64,000 nucleotides of DNA from Octopus vulgaris. Taxonomy: Eukaryota. Positions 50,779 to 60,143 of the stretch are shown piece after piece (the stretch's first letter is position 1; every line of letters begins with the position of its first letter). The stretch is taken from NCBI GenBank assembly GCA_951406725.2, contig OX597830.1, positions 67,642,001 to 67,706,000 on the forward strand, in the 5' to 3' direction. The notes beneath the pieces were generated by a model that was given only the letters and a program-made list of their open reading frames with translations, searched no databases and had not been told where the DNA came from. The position numbers and the translations under genes are program-made.

Positions 50779-53042
50779 TACACACATGGGAAGGTAATAG
50801 TGATGGAGTTGGTGGTGTGGGCATACTCCTAACCGAGAAATGGGTGGATAAGATCGTAGAAGTAGTTAGAGTATGTGATACAGTACTTATGCTCAGGCTA
50901 GTCTTGCAGAATAGTATAGCTACAATTATATCTGTCTGCACCCAACAAGTGGGCCTACCAAATGAACAGAAGGACCACTTTTATGATATTCTTCTGCAGG
51001 CTACTTCCAAGATGAGTGACACTGATCTCATATTCATGACTGGGGATTTCAATGGGCATGTTGGACGGCAGCCCAGCATCTACCATCGTGTTCATGGGGG
51101 CCATGGAATTGGTCCCTGAAGCGAAGAGGGAGCAAGGCGACTGGAGTTCTGTGATGCAAATAACTTTTTGATCTCCAACACCAACTTCAGGAAGCCAGCC
51201 AGCCACCTGATAACCTATTACTTAGGTGACTCTGTTAGGCAGATAGATTTCATTCTCACCAGACTGTATGATGCATGACTGCTCTGAAATGCAAAGCCCC
51301 TCCCTGGTGAAAAATGTAGCCCCAGCATAGACTAGTCATTAGTGACTTTAGACTCCAGGCCAGAAAGATTCTAAGAAGCAGCCAGTCTGGAAAAGAAGGA
51401 TCTGGCAGCTTGAGAACCATTTGTTTGGTCGGAGTTAAACTTCACTTTCTTTAGTGCATAGGTCAGCAAAACATTTGAATTTTGTTGATCAGTATTATTA
51501 ATGAAAATGCTGCCTTAACCCTTTCGTTACCAAACCGCCCAAAGCCGCCCGAAAAAAATTTTGGTTTATGAAACCAAACCGCCCAAAGCCGCCCGAATTT
51601 ACCTATTCATATTTAAATGAGAATATCAGAGCAAATCTCTTCAGTACATTCGTGAAAACTCGTATTATACTTCGTAAACAGTTCAGCTACAGTTTTGTAC
51701 AATAATCGAAGTGTAATTTTAATTTCGTGAATTTTGGGAGATTTTGTTCCGAAATTTGTTCCTATTGTGTTTTCAAAATTTGTAATTCTGACAAAAAATG
51801 GATACGAATTTCATTATATCAAGCAGCGAGTCAGAATTCGAAGGATTTTCTACTGAAGACCTTCATAAATCTAACTCTATGACTGAAAAAAAAAGCACAT
51901 GGTATTTGATAATGAATTTGATGTTTCATTTTCCGAAAGTGAAAACAGTGAATCTGAGATCTCCGATAGCGATAAAGAAAACGAATTGGCACCTGAATGG
52001 ATTGAAAATTTAAAAACTGTTTCTTTCGGTGATTTTTCTGCAGAAACTGGACCAAGCCACAGACTTTCCCAGAAGGGTAAAGCCTTAGGCTATTTCTATT
52101 TACTTTTTCGAATGAGCCTATTTGAAATCATTACAGCGAAAACGAACTGTTTCGCTAAACGTAAACAAAGCGAAAGAAAGGATAGTTTGTTATTTCCCAC
52201 AACCTTAAATGAAGTTAAGGCCTATTTTGTCATAAATATTATTATGGGTATCAGAAAGTTACCCAGAATAACAAATTCTATCGTAAAATTTTGTTGTATA
52301 CCCAATTGAATATTAGCTAATAACTCATTTTCTATAGCGATGTTTGAACAAAATTTTGATAATTTTATATTTTGTGGAATTTACCTGTATCTACCTGCAA
52401 ATAGAGTCACTTTGTGACAAAAATTATAGTATAGAATTGGTTGAAAATATTTCCTTAAATTATCTTCCAAAAATCAGATTGATATATCGATAAATAAAAA
52501 AATTATAGTTGTTTCATGAAACCAGACTAAATTTATGATTACGTTAGAAATTAATTGAAACACATAAGGGGTGTAATTTGGTCAGAAATATAGTAACGAA
52601 AGCCTTAAGAGATATGAACATAGAGAAATGATGGATTTTTATATTAAATGCCAAACAAATATTCTTTTATGCCTTCTGTTGATTTCCATCCTTCTACTAT
52701 TCATCAATAATACCAATATTCTAATGGAGTAAGATTTGGAAGTATAGCAATTTAGTATACATATCCATCATATTATGAGATAATAATTTACAAGGAAATC
52801 AACAATCTCCCTTGCTCATTGCTTTAAAATTATCAACATTTCCGGGAGAGGTTTTTGTTTGCTAATAACTGAAATAATCTCAACTGATCAGATATCTCTA
52901 ATTACTGGGATAATCTCAGCTGATCCATCTATACACCATAATTGGAACCCTGCTATATATATATATGTACTTATATATTAACAGATTTAGGCATATGTCT
53001 CTTGCAGTACCTCTTTTCATCTGAGCTGTCCATTTCATCTTC
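314..53042 (-). CDS. TRPM: TRPM-family (TRPM2-like) cation channel gene, partial: N-terminal microexons plus MHR1/2 (SLOG) domain exons; continues beyond the window to the left
   Basis: Six core exons with AG/GT boundaries and matching phases give [87 protein letters not shown], the motif order of the TRPM N-terminal region. Extension to 53042 depends on the microexon model. Confidence 0.9.
2241..2350 (-). CDS. TRPM: TRPM exon ([36 protein letters not shown])
   Basis: ttttag acceptor, gtcagt donor, 110 nt, phase 1->0; matches the TRPM VPVV..GG..TL..PVVVV motif; absent from the ORF track. Confidence 0.92.
2453..2663 (-). mobile_element. SINE family 1 (3' part)
   Basis: tgtttcagtcatttgactgc.gccatgctggagcac...tagtacttattctat repeated at about 36487 and, in part, 38590. 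Confidence 0.75.
2949..3948 (-). mobile_element. RTE LINE, 5'-truncated, with long 3' UTR and (GAT)n tail
   Basis: [28 protein letters not shown]-terminus; (cat)n at 2949-2972. Confidence 0.9.
3985..4120 (+). mobile_element. Ty3/Gypsy reverse transcriptase fragment
   Basis: Hand translation [31 protein letters not shown], the start of a Gypsy RT. Confidence 0.75.
4440..6030 (+). mobile_element. Degenerate LINE ORF1-like (zinc knuckle) element
   Basis: LCVVVEG / [12 protein letters not shown] knuckle-like motif; tail at 5975-6030 resembles the Tx1 3' end at 46800-46850. Confidence 0.45.
5568..5839. repeat. Long inverted repeat (arms of about 120 bp, 26-nt loop), probable Penelope pLTR remnant
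   Basis: 5568-5691 is the near reverse complement of 5718-5839. Confidence 0.85.
6285..6508 (+). mobile_element. tRNA-derived SINE family 2
   Basis: gagttcaaattc B-box-like motif plus gactttgcctttcatc..aattaagtaccagtt; further copies at 13393-13603 and 23918-24112. Confidence 0.75.
6559..6730 (-). CDS. TRPM: TRPM exon ([32 protein letters not shown]...NIP)
   Basis: ttctag acceptor, gtaggt donor, 172 nt, phase 0->1; hallmark [12 protein letters not shown] motif. Confidence 0.95.
7050..7735 (-). mobile_element. Old RTE LINE fragment
   Basis: Degenerate similarity to the 8.1-9.8 kb copy (agcacagcatatctcc; cactaaccactcatctacccctag). Confidence 0.6.
7891..8036 (-). CDS. TRPM: TRPM exon ([17 protein letters not shown]...[18 protein letters not shown])
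   Basis: ttgcag acceptor, gtaaat donor, 146 nt, phase 1->0; GAWII and IGIAPW motifs. Confidence 0.95.
8137..9760 (-). mobile_element. RTE LINE (RT domain to 3' UTR), decayed
   Basis: [31 protein letters not shown]; (cat)n tail. Confidence 0.92.
9971..10105. repeat. Inverted repeat with arms of about 56 bp, probable Penelope pLTR remnant
   Basis: agaaatttaaacgtaaagtatgaatgag...gatggaat / attccatc...ctcattcatactttacgtttaaatttct. Confidence 0.85.
10310..10960 (+). mobile_element. Dong/R4-like non-LTR retrotransposon, 3' end
   Basis: [37 protein letters not shown] (restriction-like endonuclease C-terminus); (TAA)n tail. Confidence 0.85.
10961..13372 (+). mobile_element. Dong/R4-like non-LTR retrotransposon, decayed and internally deleted
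   Basis: [61 protein letters not shown]; (TAA)n at both ends. Confidence 0.9.
13643..13820 (-). CDS. TRPM: TRPM exon (FLRVDHKTP...[19 protein letters not shown]...LVKAVKTK)
   Basis: catacag acceptor, gtatga donor, 178 nt, phase 0->1; W.L..PNLLIS motif. Confidence 0.93.
14257..15490. repeat. Inverted repeat (arms about 14257-14640 and 15178-15490), probable Penelope pLTR pair
   Basis: cttactgctgacaaag...cagcagcatccagaaattttt mirrored by aaaaatttctggatgctgct...ctttgtcagcagtaag; Penelope RT lies next to it. Confidence 0.8.
15650..16790 (-). mobile_element. Penelope-like element fragment (RT C-terminal part and endonuclease region)
   Basis: [26 protein letters not shown]; same family as 53.5-55.7 kb. 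Confidence 0.85.
16845..18062 (-). mobile_element. CR1-group LINE, 5'-truncated
   Basis: [24 protein letters not shown]; homologous to 58.1-60.0 kb. Confidence 0.9.
18398..19910 (+). mobile_element. RTE LINE, 5'-truncated
   Basis: [13 protein letters not shown]...GRGRPRKTW; (gat)n tail at about 19895. Confidence 0.92.
20642..20723 (-). CDS. TRPM: TRPM exon ([27 protein letters not shown])
   Basis: ttgatag acceptor, gtaatt donor, 82 nt, phase 2->0; P-x-DAFG-x-x-x-F motif that opens MHR1. Confidence 0.9.
21390..21790. repeat. Local tandem duplication (two copies of about 200 bp)
   Basis: ggaaggtgg...ttttaaatgtttatcagt...atcgaaagaaaa.tagatacat...attgttaaat occurs twice. Confidence 0.75.
21805..22545 (-). 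mobile_element. SINE family 3 fragments
   Basis: aaattaac.tgcaagtgg.tga.tact at about 21855 and 22387; reverse complement of the copies at 28175-28460 and 36944-37268. Confidence 0.6.
22853..23890 (-). mobile_element. Ty3/Gypsy LTR retrotransposon remnant (LTR, PBS, decayed gag)
   Basis: [32 protein letters not shown] gag-like; minus strand ...gaca-tttt-tggtgacagg (PBS-like) at about 23552-23570. Confidence 0.65.
24713..26217 (+). mobile_element. RTE LINE inserted in array copy 1
   Basis: [15 protein letters not shown], (gat)n tail; flanks join up in the paralogous copies. Confidence 0.88.
25862..26040 (-). mobile_element. Short 3' fragment of a second RTE family nested in the RTE 3' UTR
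   Basis: Minus frame [41 protein letters not shown], then a (caagta)n-type tail. Confidence 0.6.
26403..26443 (-). CDS. microexon A1 ([14 protein letters not shown])
   Basis: tttcttttatttgcag acceptor, gtacta donor, 41 nt, phase 0->2; joins the 20723 exon in frame. Confidence 0.75.
27472..27547 (-). CDS. small exon B1 ([25 protein letters not shown])
   Basis: attttacag acceptor, gtaagt donor, 76 nt, phase 2->0, open frame. Confidence 0.7.
28175..28460 (+). mobile_element. SINE family 3 (duplicated with the array; paralog at 36944-37268)
   Basis: tRNA-like head, then agcaagatactttatttc..gggccagccttgtcacattc; the same flanks surround both copies. Confidence 0.7.
31109..31140 (-). CDS. microexon A2 ([11 protein letters not shown])
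   Basis: tttcttttgttttcag acceptor, gtaatg donor, 32 nt, phase 0->2. Confidence 0.7.
32107..33093 (+). mobile_element. Tc1/mariner DNA transposon, decayed
   Basis: TIRs ttgggtcaccccataaataatgcagtttt / aaaactgcattatttatgggatgacccaa, TA TSDs, [23 protein letters not shown]. Confidence 0.92.
34677..34729 (-). CDS. exon B2, 53 nt, frame-discordant ([17 protein letters not shown] in the incoming frame; ...MDIK in the outgoing frame)
   Basis: gattttacag acceptor, gtaagt donor; positional paralog of the other B exons but 1 nt longer than 3n+1. Confidence 0.5.
35209..36397 (+). mobile_element. Tc1/mariner DNA transposon, decayed
   Basis: TIRs ttaggttgtctcacatgaaat / atttcatgtgagacaacctca, TA TSD; [27 protein letters not shown]; empty site at about 27965 in copy 1. 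Confidence 0.93.
36475..36803 (-). mobile_element. SINE family 1 with tRNA-like head
   Basis: Minus strand begins ggcgcaggagtggctgtgtgg...ggttcagtccc; absent from the paralogous site at about 28040. Confidence 0.8.
38093..38124 (-). CDS. microexon A3 ([11 protein letters not shown])
   Basis: cttattttcag acceptor, gtaatg donor, 32 nt, phase 0->2. Confidence 0.65.
39378..39405 (-). CDS. microexon B3 (SADDSWLEN)
   Basis: gattttgcag acceptor, gtaagt donor, 28 nt, phase 2->0. Confidence 0.68.
39490..41236 (-). mobile_element. Internally deleted Penelope-like element with inverted pLTRs
   Basis: Arms 39491-39960 and 40710-41194; [16 protein letters not shown]-terminal motif; GIY-YIG-like [27 protein letters not shown]; probable TSD ttcag(g/t)cttta. 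Confidence 0.88.
41073..41114 (+). ncRNA. Candidate minimal hammerhead ribozyme (mirror copy 39571-39612)
   Basis: AATAT-CTGAAGA-a-tgaat..attcc-GAAA-ta-TT-ATATT inside a Penelope pLTR. Confidence 0.5.
42309..42809 (-). mobile_element. Non-autonomous Helitron-like element
   Basis: Minus strand starts A|TC and ends with hairpin acccatgcgtagagtgggt, 9 nt, CTAG|T; a second hairpin end follows at about 42811-42840. Confidence 0.6.
43159..46853 (+). mobile_element. Tx1/L1-clade LINE ORF2, near full length, decayed
   Basis: APE start [39 protein letters not shown]-terminal CPRC..ETILH zinc finger. Confidence 0.92.
44758..44811 (-). mobile_element. 54-bp retroposed 3' tail with a 12-bp TSD
   Basis: CAACCTCCATCT at 44746-44757 and 44812-44823 flanks the insert. 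Confidence 0.8.
47603..47634 (-). CDS. microexon A4 ([11 protein letters not shown])
   Basis: tttcttttaatttcag acceptor, gtaatg donor, 32 nt, phase 0->2. Confidence 0.7.
49060..49326. repeat. Inverted plus direct repeat, probable Penelope pLTR remnant
   Basis: aaaggattgaggta...gtcatcaagt / acttgatgac...tacctcaatccttt. Confidence 0.75.
50274..50310 (-). CDS. microexon B4 ([12 protein letters not shown])
   Basis: attttgcag acceptor, gtaagt donor, 37 nt, phase 2->0. Confidence 0.7.
50786..51430 (+). mobile_element. RTE LINE AP-endonuclease fragment
   Basis: [33 protein letters not shown]. Confidence 0.85.
51519..52604 (+). mobile_element. piggyBac-family internal-deletion derivative
   Basis: TTAA TSDs, TIR ccctttcgttac / gtaacgaaagcc, piggyBac transposase N-terminal part ([27 protein letters not shown]); empty ttaa site in paralogs (about 47229). 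Confidence 0.88.
53011..53042 (-). CDS. microexon A5 ([11 protein letters not shown])
   Basis: tttcttttaatttcag acceptor, gtactg donor, 32 nt, phase 0->2. Confidence 0.7.
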
Positions 53043-53402
53043 CTGAAATTAAAAGAAATGATATTGAACGTTTGAAGGAATGACAGAATTCCAATTTGTT
53101 ACAACGGATTATACTGAGAGAAGACCTTACTGAATATAAATAGTACAAGAGGTGAGAGTAGTGACAATTATCTGATGGAGACTATGCAATCCATATTATC
53201 ACAGATACACATGATTTCTTTTTTCTTAGTTATAGTTTTAGCATGGTACACTGGTTTTGACATAGGATTTGAATGGAAGAAATATTTTAACTAAAAACAG
53301 TGTCAAATGATGATATGAGAATTTCTATTTAATCAATTTAAACTTTTGTGTAAAATTCAACGTCATATGAGACTTAGAAATGTATACAATACCCCACAAC
53401 TA

Positions 53403-53502
53403 NNNNNNNNNNNNNNNNNNNNNNNNNNNNNNNNNNNNNNNNNNNNNNNNNNNNNNNNNNNNNNNNNNNNNNNNNNNNNNNNNNNNNNNNNNNNNNNNNN
53501 NN
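53403..53502. other. Assembly gap (100 N)
   Basis: N run. Confidence 1.
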
Positions 53503-55696
53503 CAAGAGGACTAAAATTCACCCCAACTCCGCAATACTCTAACCTGAGGGAAATACAGGATGACATCTCGCACTTTTGCAGAAAATTACGCCTCACAGAG
53601 GAATTTTTTGACAGGAAAACTAATAATAACGACGAATCAATGGTCTGTAACAAAAGCAACTATAATCCCATAAAAGGCAAAAACAAAACCTTACACAAAT
53701 TTTGCGATTACATCTCCAACTTCCCTTATGGTGAACTCCCACAACCTAAACTCAAACCCAACACCAGTAAAAGAGAATGAGAAATCATCCATACGCTACG
53801 AGACAATCATGACGTCACAGTAAAGGAAGCTGATAAGGGTAGTACGGTCGTTGTTATGAATACTGAGCAATATAAAAACTCTGTATCTCTCCTTTTAGAG
53901 GATACCACATACTATGAAAGAGTAGTCGACTACCAGCAATCCAAAACAATGACCAATCTGAAGGCACTCATTTACCAACACCGGAATGACTTGACAGCAA
54001 AGGAATGCGACTACATTACTAAATTTAATTGCAAAACCAGCACACTCTATGGGCTTCCAAAAATACACAAGAGTCAAATTATCACAGAAGCTTGCAAAAA
54101 GTCCACTTCAACCTGCATCACTATACCACATCCCACTGATCTGAAACTGAGACCAATAGTGGCAGGCCCAAGTTGTGAAACACACAGACTTAGCAACTTT
54201 ATAGATATCATCTTAAAGCCAATACTGAAACACATTCCAAGTATTGTAAGAGATGACCTGGACCTATTAAACCATCTCCCCAAACATGCCGATAAAGACA
54301 CCTTAATCGTTTCTTTTGATGTTATTAATCTTTACACCACAATCCCACATGAATATGGACTGGAAGCCATTAAATTCTGGCTGGATAAATATCCCAATGA
54401 GATCCCGGAAAGAATTAAAAAAGAATTCATAATTGAGGGCCTCAAATTTATTCTGCAAAACAACTTCATGTATTTCCACAACAACACTTACAGACAGGTC
54501 TCAGGAACTGCAATGGGTACGAAAGTTGCACCTACCTATGCAAACCTGGTGATGGCCTACCTGGAATCACATATCTATGAAAAATCCAAATATAAGTACG
54601 GCCAGTCTTTCCACAAATACCTGTTGGAGAACTGGAAACGCTACTTAGATGATTGCCTCATCCTATGGTCCCACACACTCGACCAACTTATAGACTTCAA
54701 AAACCTTATCAACAGTGTAAATAACAACATTCAATTCACAATGGAATATAGTCAGGACCAACTCCCTTTTCTTGACATCCTAATCATTAAAAAAGGCGTC
54801 AACATTGAAACTGACATCCATTACAAACCCACTGACTCTAAACAATACCTTCTATTCACCTCCAATCACCCAAAACACAGAAAGACAAATATCCCCTTCA
54901 ACCTAGCGAGAAGAATCTGTACTATTGTCTCAAATGACACAACACGAAATAGAAGACTCCGGGAACTAAGGGCAATTCTTCTCGAAAGACATTACCCGGC
55001 ATCACTAGTAGACAACGGAATAGAACGGGCCAAATCAATCAACATTCAAGACCTTCGAAAACCCAAACACATCCACAGTACAGTAAATAGCCTCCCCTAT
55101 CTCTCAACACACAACCCAAGGAATGCAGAAGCTTACACTATTATATACAACAACATTCCACAACTAAATCAAAACCCACGCCTGAAAAAAATACTGGCAG
55201 CTCATAAAATAATAAAAAGTAAGAGACAACCTAAATCCCTAAAAACCTCCTCACCAACGCAAATTTACACAACACAAACCCACCGCCCACCATCAAAAAA
55301 TGTGGTCGCCCCAACTGCAAGACCTGCATCCACCTCATTGAGGGATCGTCGTACAAGTTCCACTCGGGACACACATTCATCATAAAAAATAATTTCACGT
55401 GCGCATCAAAAAATTTACTCTACGTCATAAGGTGTGAAGGATGCCACGAAGACTACATAGGGCAAACGAGCCTTACCCTCAGAGAAAGAATGACAGTTCA
55501 CCGACAACAACTGAGGGACCCCTCCACAAGACAGATACCACTAAGTGGACACTTAGACCTTTGTGCACACAATAAGTCCCCCAAGTTCTTAGTCTTCCCA
55601 CTATACCAATGCTCGGACAACACCACAGACCAAACACGAATAAATAAGGAAAGTAATCTTATTCAAAAATACAGACCACAACTAAACATACTCTAA
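53503..55696 (+). mobile_element. Penelope-like retroelement (RT plus GIY-YIG), nearly intact
   Basis: RGLKFTP, KEADKG, YGLPKIHK, LRPIV, SFDV.NLYT, GTAMG, RYLDD, LPFLD; after a frameshift near 55245: CGRPNCKTC..LLYVIRC..YIGQT..R.R..H. Confidence 0.95.
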
Positions 55697-55839
55697 CATA
55701 CCCCCTGGAAACACATCCAGAGCAAGCACACAGGGACGCGCGCACGCTCACAGCATATCGTGCGGGCGGGCACATGCGCGCATCGGCACGCATAGGACAC
55801 ACTAGCGGGCATTGACCGCACACATACGTGGCATGCACA

Positions 55840-56001
55840 CGCATGCATTATATATATGTAGGTGATGTATGTGTGTGAGTGTTGTGTGTGTGTGTGTGTG
55901 TGTGTGTGTGCACGTTGTGTGTGTGTGCGCGGGTATATATATATATGTGTGTGTGTGTGTGTGCACTGTGTGCGTGTGTGTGTATATGTGTGTGTGCGCG
56001 C

Positions 56002-56035
<34 letters not shown>

Positions 56036-56128
56036 GTGTGTGTGTGCACTGTGTGCGGGTGTGTGTGTATGTGTGTGTGTGTGTGTGAGCATTGTGTACG
56101 TGTGTATGTATTTACATGTGTATTTGTT

Positions 56129-56163
<35 letters not shown>

Positions 56164-56370
56164 TGTGTGTGTATATGCATGGTATGTGTGTATATGTTAG
56201 TACTTTGTTTGTGTGTGTGTGCGGCATGTAGAGATATATTTGAGTGTGTACGCTATAGGTTTGTAATTTGTGTGTGTGGGGGGGGGGGGTGAATTTTTTA
56301 TATATATATATGTGTGTGTATGTGTGTGAAAAAATATATGTATGTGCATGTATGTATGTATGTATGTGTG

Positions 56371-56403
<33 letters not shown>

Positions 56404-57141
56404 GTGTGTGTGTATGTGTGTGTGTGTATATTTATTTGCATGTTTATGTGTGTATAAACATGTACATTATTTGCATGCGCATTGTGTATATGTATATTGT
56501 ATGTATGTGTATTGTATATGTATGTGTACAATTAAGTGTATATATGTGTGTGTATGTGTGCATTGTATATATGTATATTGTAGGTGTGCTATATATGCAT
56601 GAATACATGTATATGCATTGCGTGTATATATATGTATGCATTGTGTATGTATGTTATGTGTGTGTGTGTGTATATATATATTATATGTATGCGTACGTGT
56701 ATGTGTATGCATTGTATGTATGTATATTGTGTGTATATGTGGTACATCTATGTATGTGTATGTAAACACTATTTATATGTATATATGTATATATGTATAT
56801 GCATTGTCTATATATATATATATTCTATGTATGTATTGCGTATGTATTTGGCATGCATATATTGTGTATGTGTATTATTTACATGCTGTATGTGTGTATT
56901 GTATGTGTGTATATATATGCTAGGTGTATTTGTGTGATATTTATATTATGTATGTATGTGTGTGTGTGTTGTGTGTGTATGTGTGTTATATATCTGTGTA
57001 TGTTATATATAGATACATGTTATATTTGTGTGCTGTGTGTATATGTGATATATGTGGGTGCGTTGTGTGTGGGTGTGTGTGTTCTGTGTGTGTGTGTTCT
57101 GTGTGTGTGTGTGTTGTTTGTATGTGGTGTGTGTTTGTATA

Positions 57142-57184
<43 letters not shown>

Positions 57185-57190
57185 TGTGTG
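55840..57190. repeat. Compound (TG)n/(TA)n microsatellite tract
   Basis: Seen directly. Confidence 0.95.
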
Positions 57191-57888
57191 ACAAACAGAC
57201 GCTGTCTGACCAGCAGGCACGGACACATCTATTCACACCCGCATACTAACCTCCTGATAACCCCAAAATCATTCATGCATAAAGGGGAAGTATACACCAC
57301 ATTGGCTACTTCTTCTTTTCTCTCAGTTCAGCCTTTCTGCTAATACCGACAGGTCAGTAAAAACATATTCTCGCCTTGAACTTAAAATATTCTGAGATGT
57401 ATAAAAAATCCATTTTAATTTTTGCTGTCAAAAGGCTGTATATATATACCAAAGACTGTATATATATACATGTAATGTGACAATTTGCGACAACCAATAA
57501 TTAACGCAACCAATTCCCAATAATATATTTGTTTTATCCTTTTCTGCCAAATTTTCCAAAATATTCTCATCACACTATTGAACTTCTCTGTTACCAAACA
57601 CTATATTTATACATGTAATGTGACAATTATGTATAAAAAAACATTTTTGAATTCATAATATCCAATGTGACAATTATGTAAAAAAACTTTTTTGAATGCA
57701 TAATATTCAATGTGACAATTATCTAAAAAACTTTCTTGAACCCATATTATTCAATGTTTCCTTAAATGTTACTTTTGACAATCTTTTACCAAAGAGTGAA
57801 ACCGGTTAAGTAAATAAACATCGTTTAAATTGCATTTTCAAACCTTTTTTCTTATATAATCCCACTCGTGCGATACCCCACAACTCAA

Positions 57889-60032
<2,144 letters not shown>

Positions 60033-60036
60033 TATA

Positions 60037-60087
<51 letters not shown>

Positions 60088-60098
60088 TTATATATATA

Positions 60099-60139
<41 letters not shown>

Positions 60140-60143
<4 letters not shown>

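Larger units (their letters stand above)
24110..53402. repeat. Intragenic tandem duplication array, about 5 diverged copies (approx. 24.1-28.9, 30.4-37.6, 37.6-41.4, 47.0-50.7, 51.4-53.4 kb), interrupted by different TEs
   Basis: Shared landmarks recur: agagaaag.aa(t)caatatcac...tttcaccaataa near 24634, 30701, 37597, 47148; tagagaaatgatggatt-like near 26250, 30789, 37703, 47245, 52621; gaaattctcaacaa near 27369, 34574, 39299, 50193; gatt.gtaaa.tga near 27577, 34759, 39435, 50340. Confidence 0.92.

Noticed and set aside
57254-57295. CTGATAA-cccc...gggg-AAG hammerhead-like motif
   Set aside because: Both core boxes deviate and no convincing stem I or III was found
55693-57343. Many ORFs rich in C/V/Y/H/T
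   Set aside because: Translations of TG/TA microsatellites, which lack stop codons
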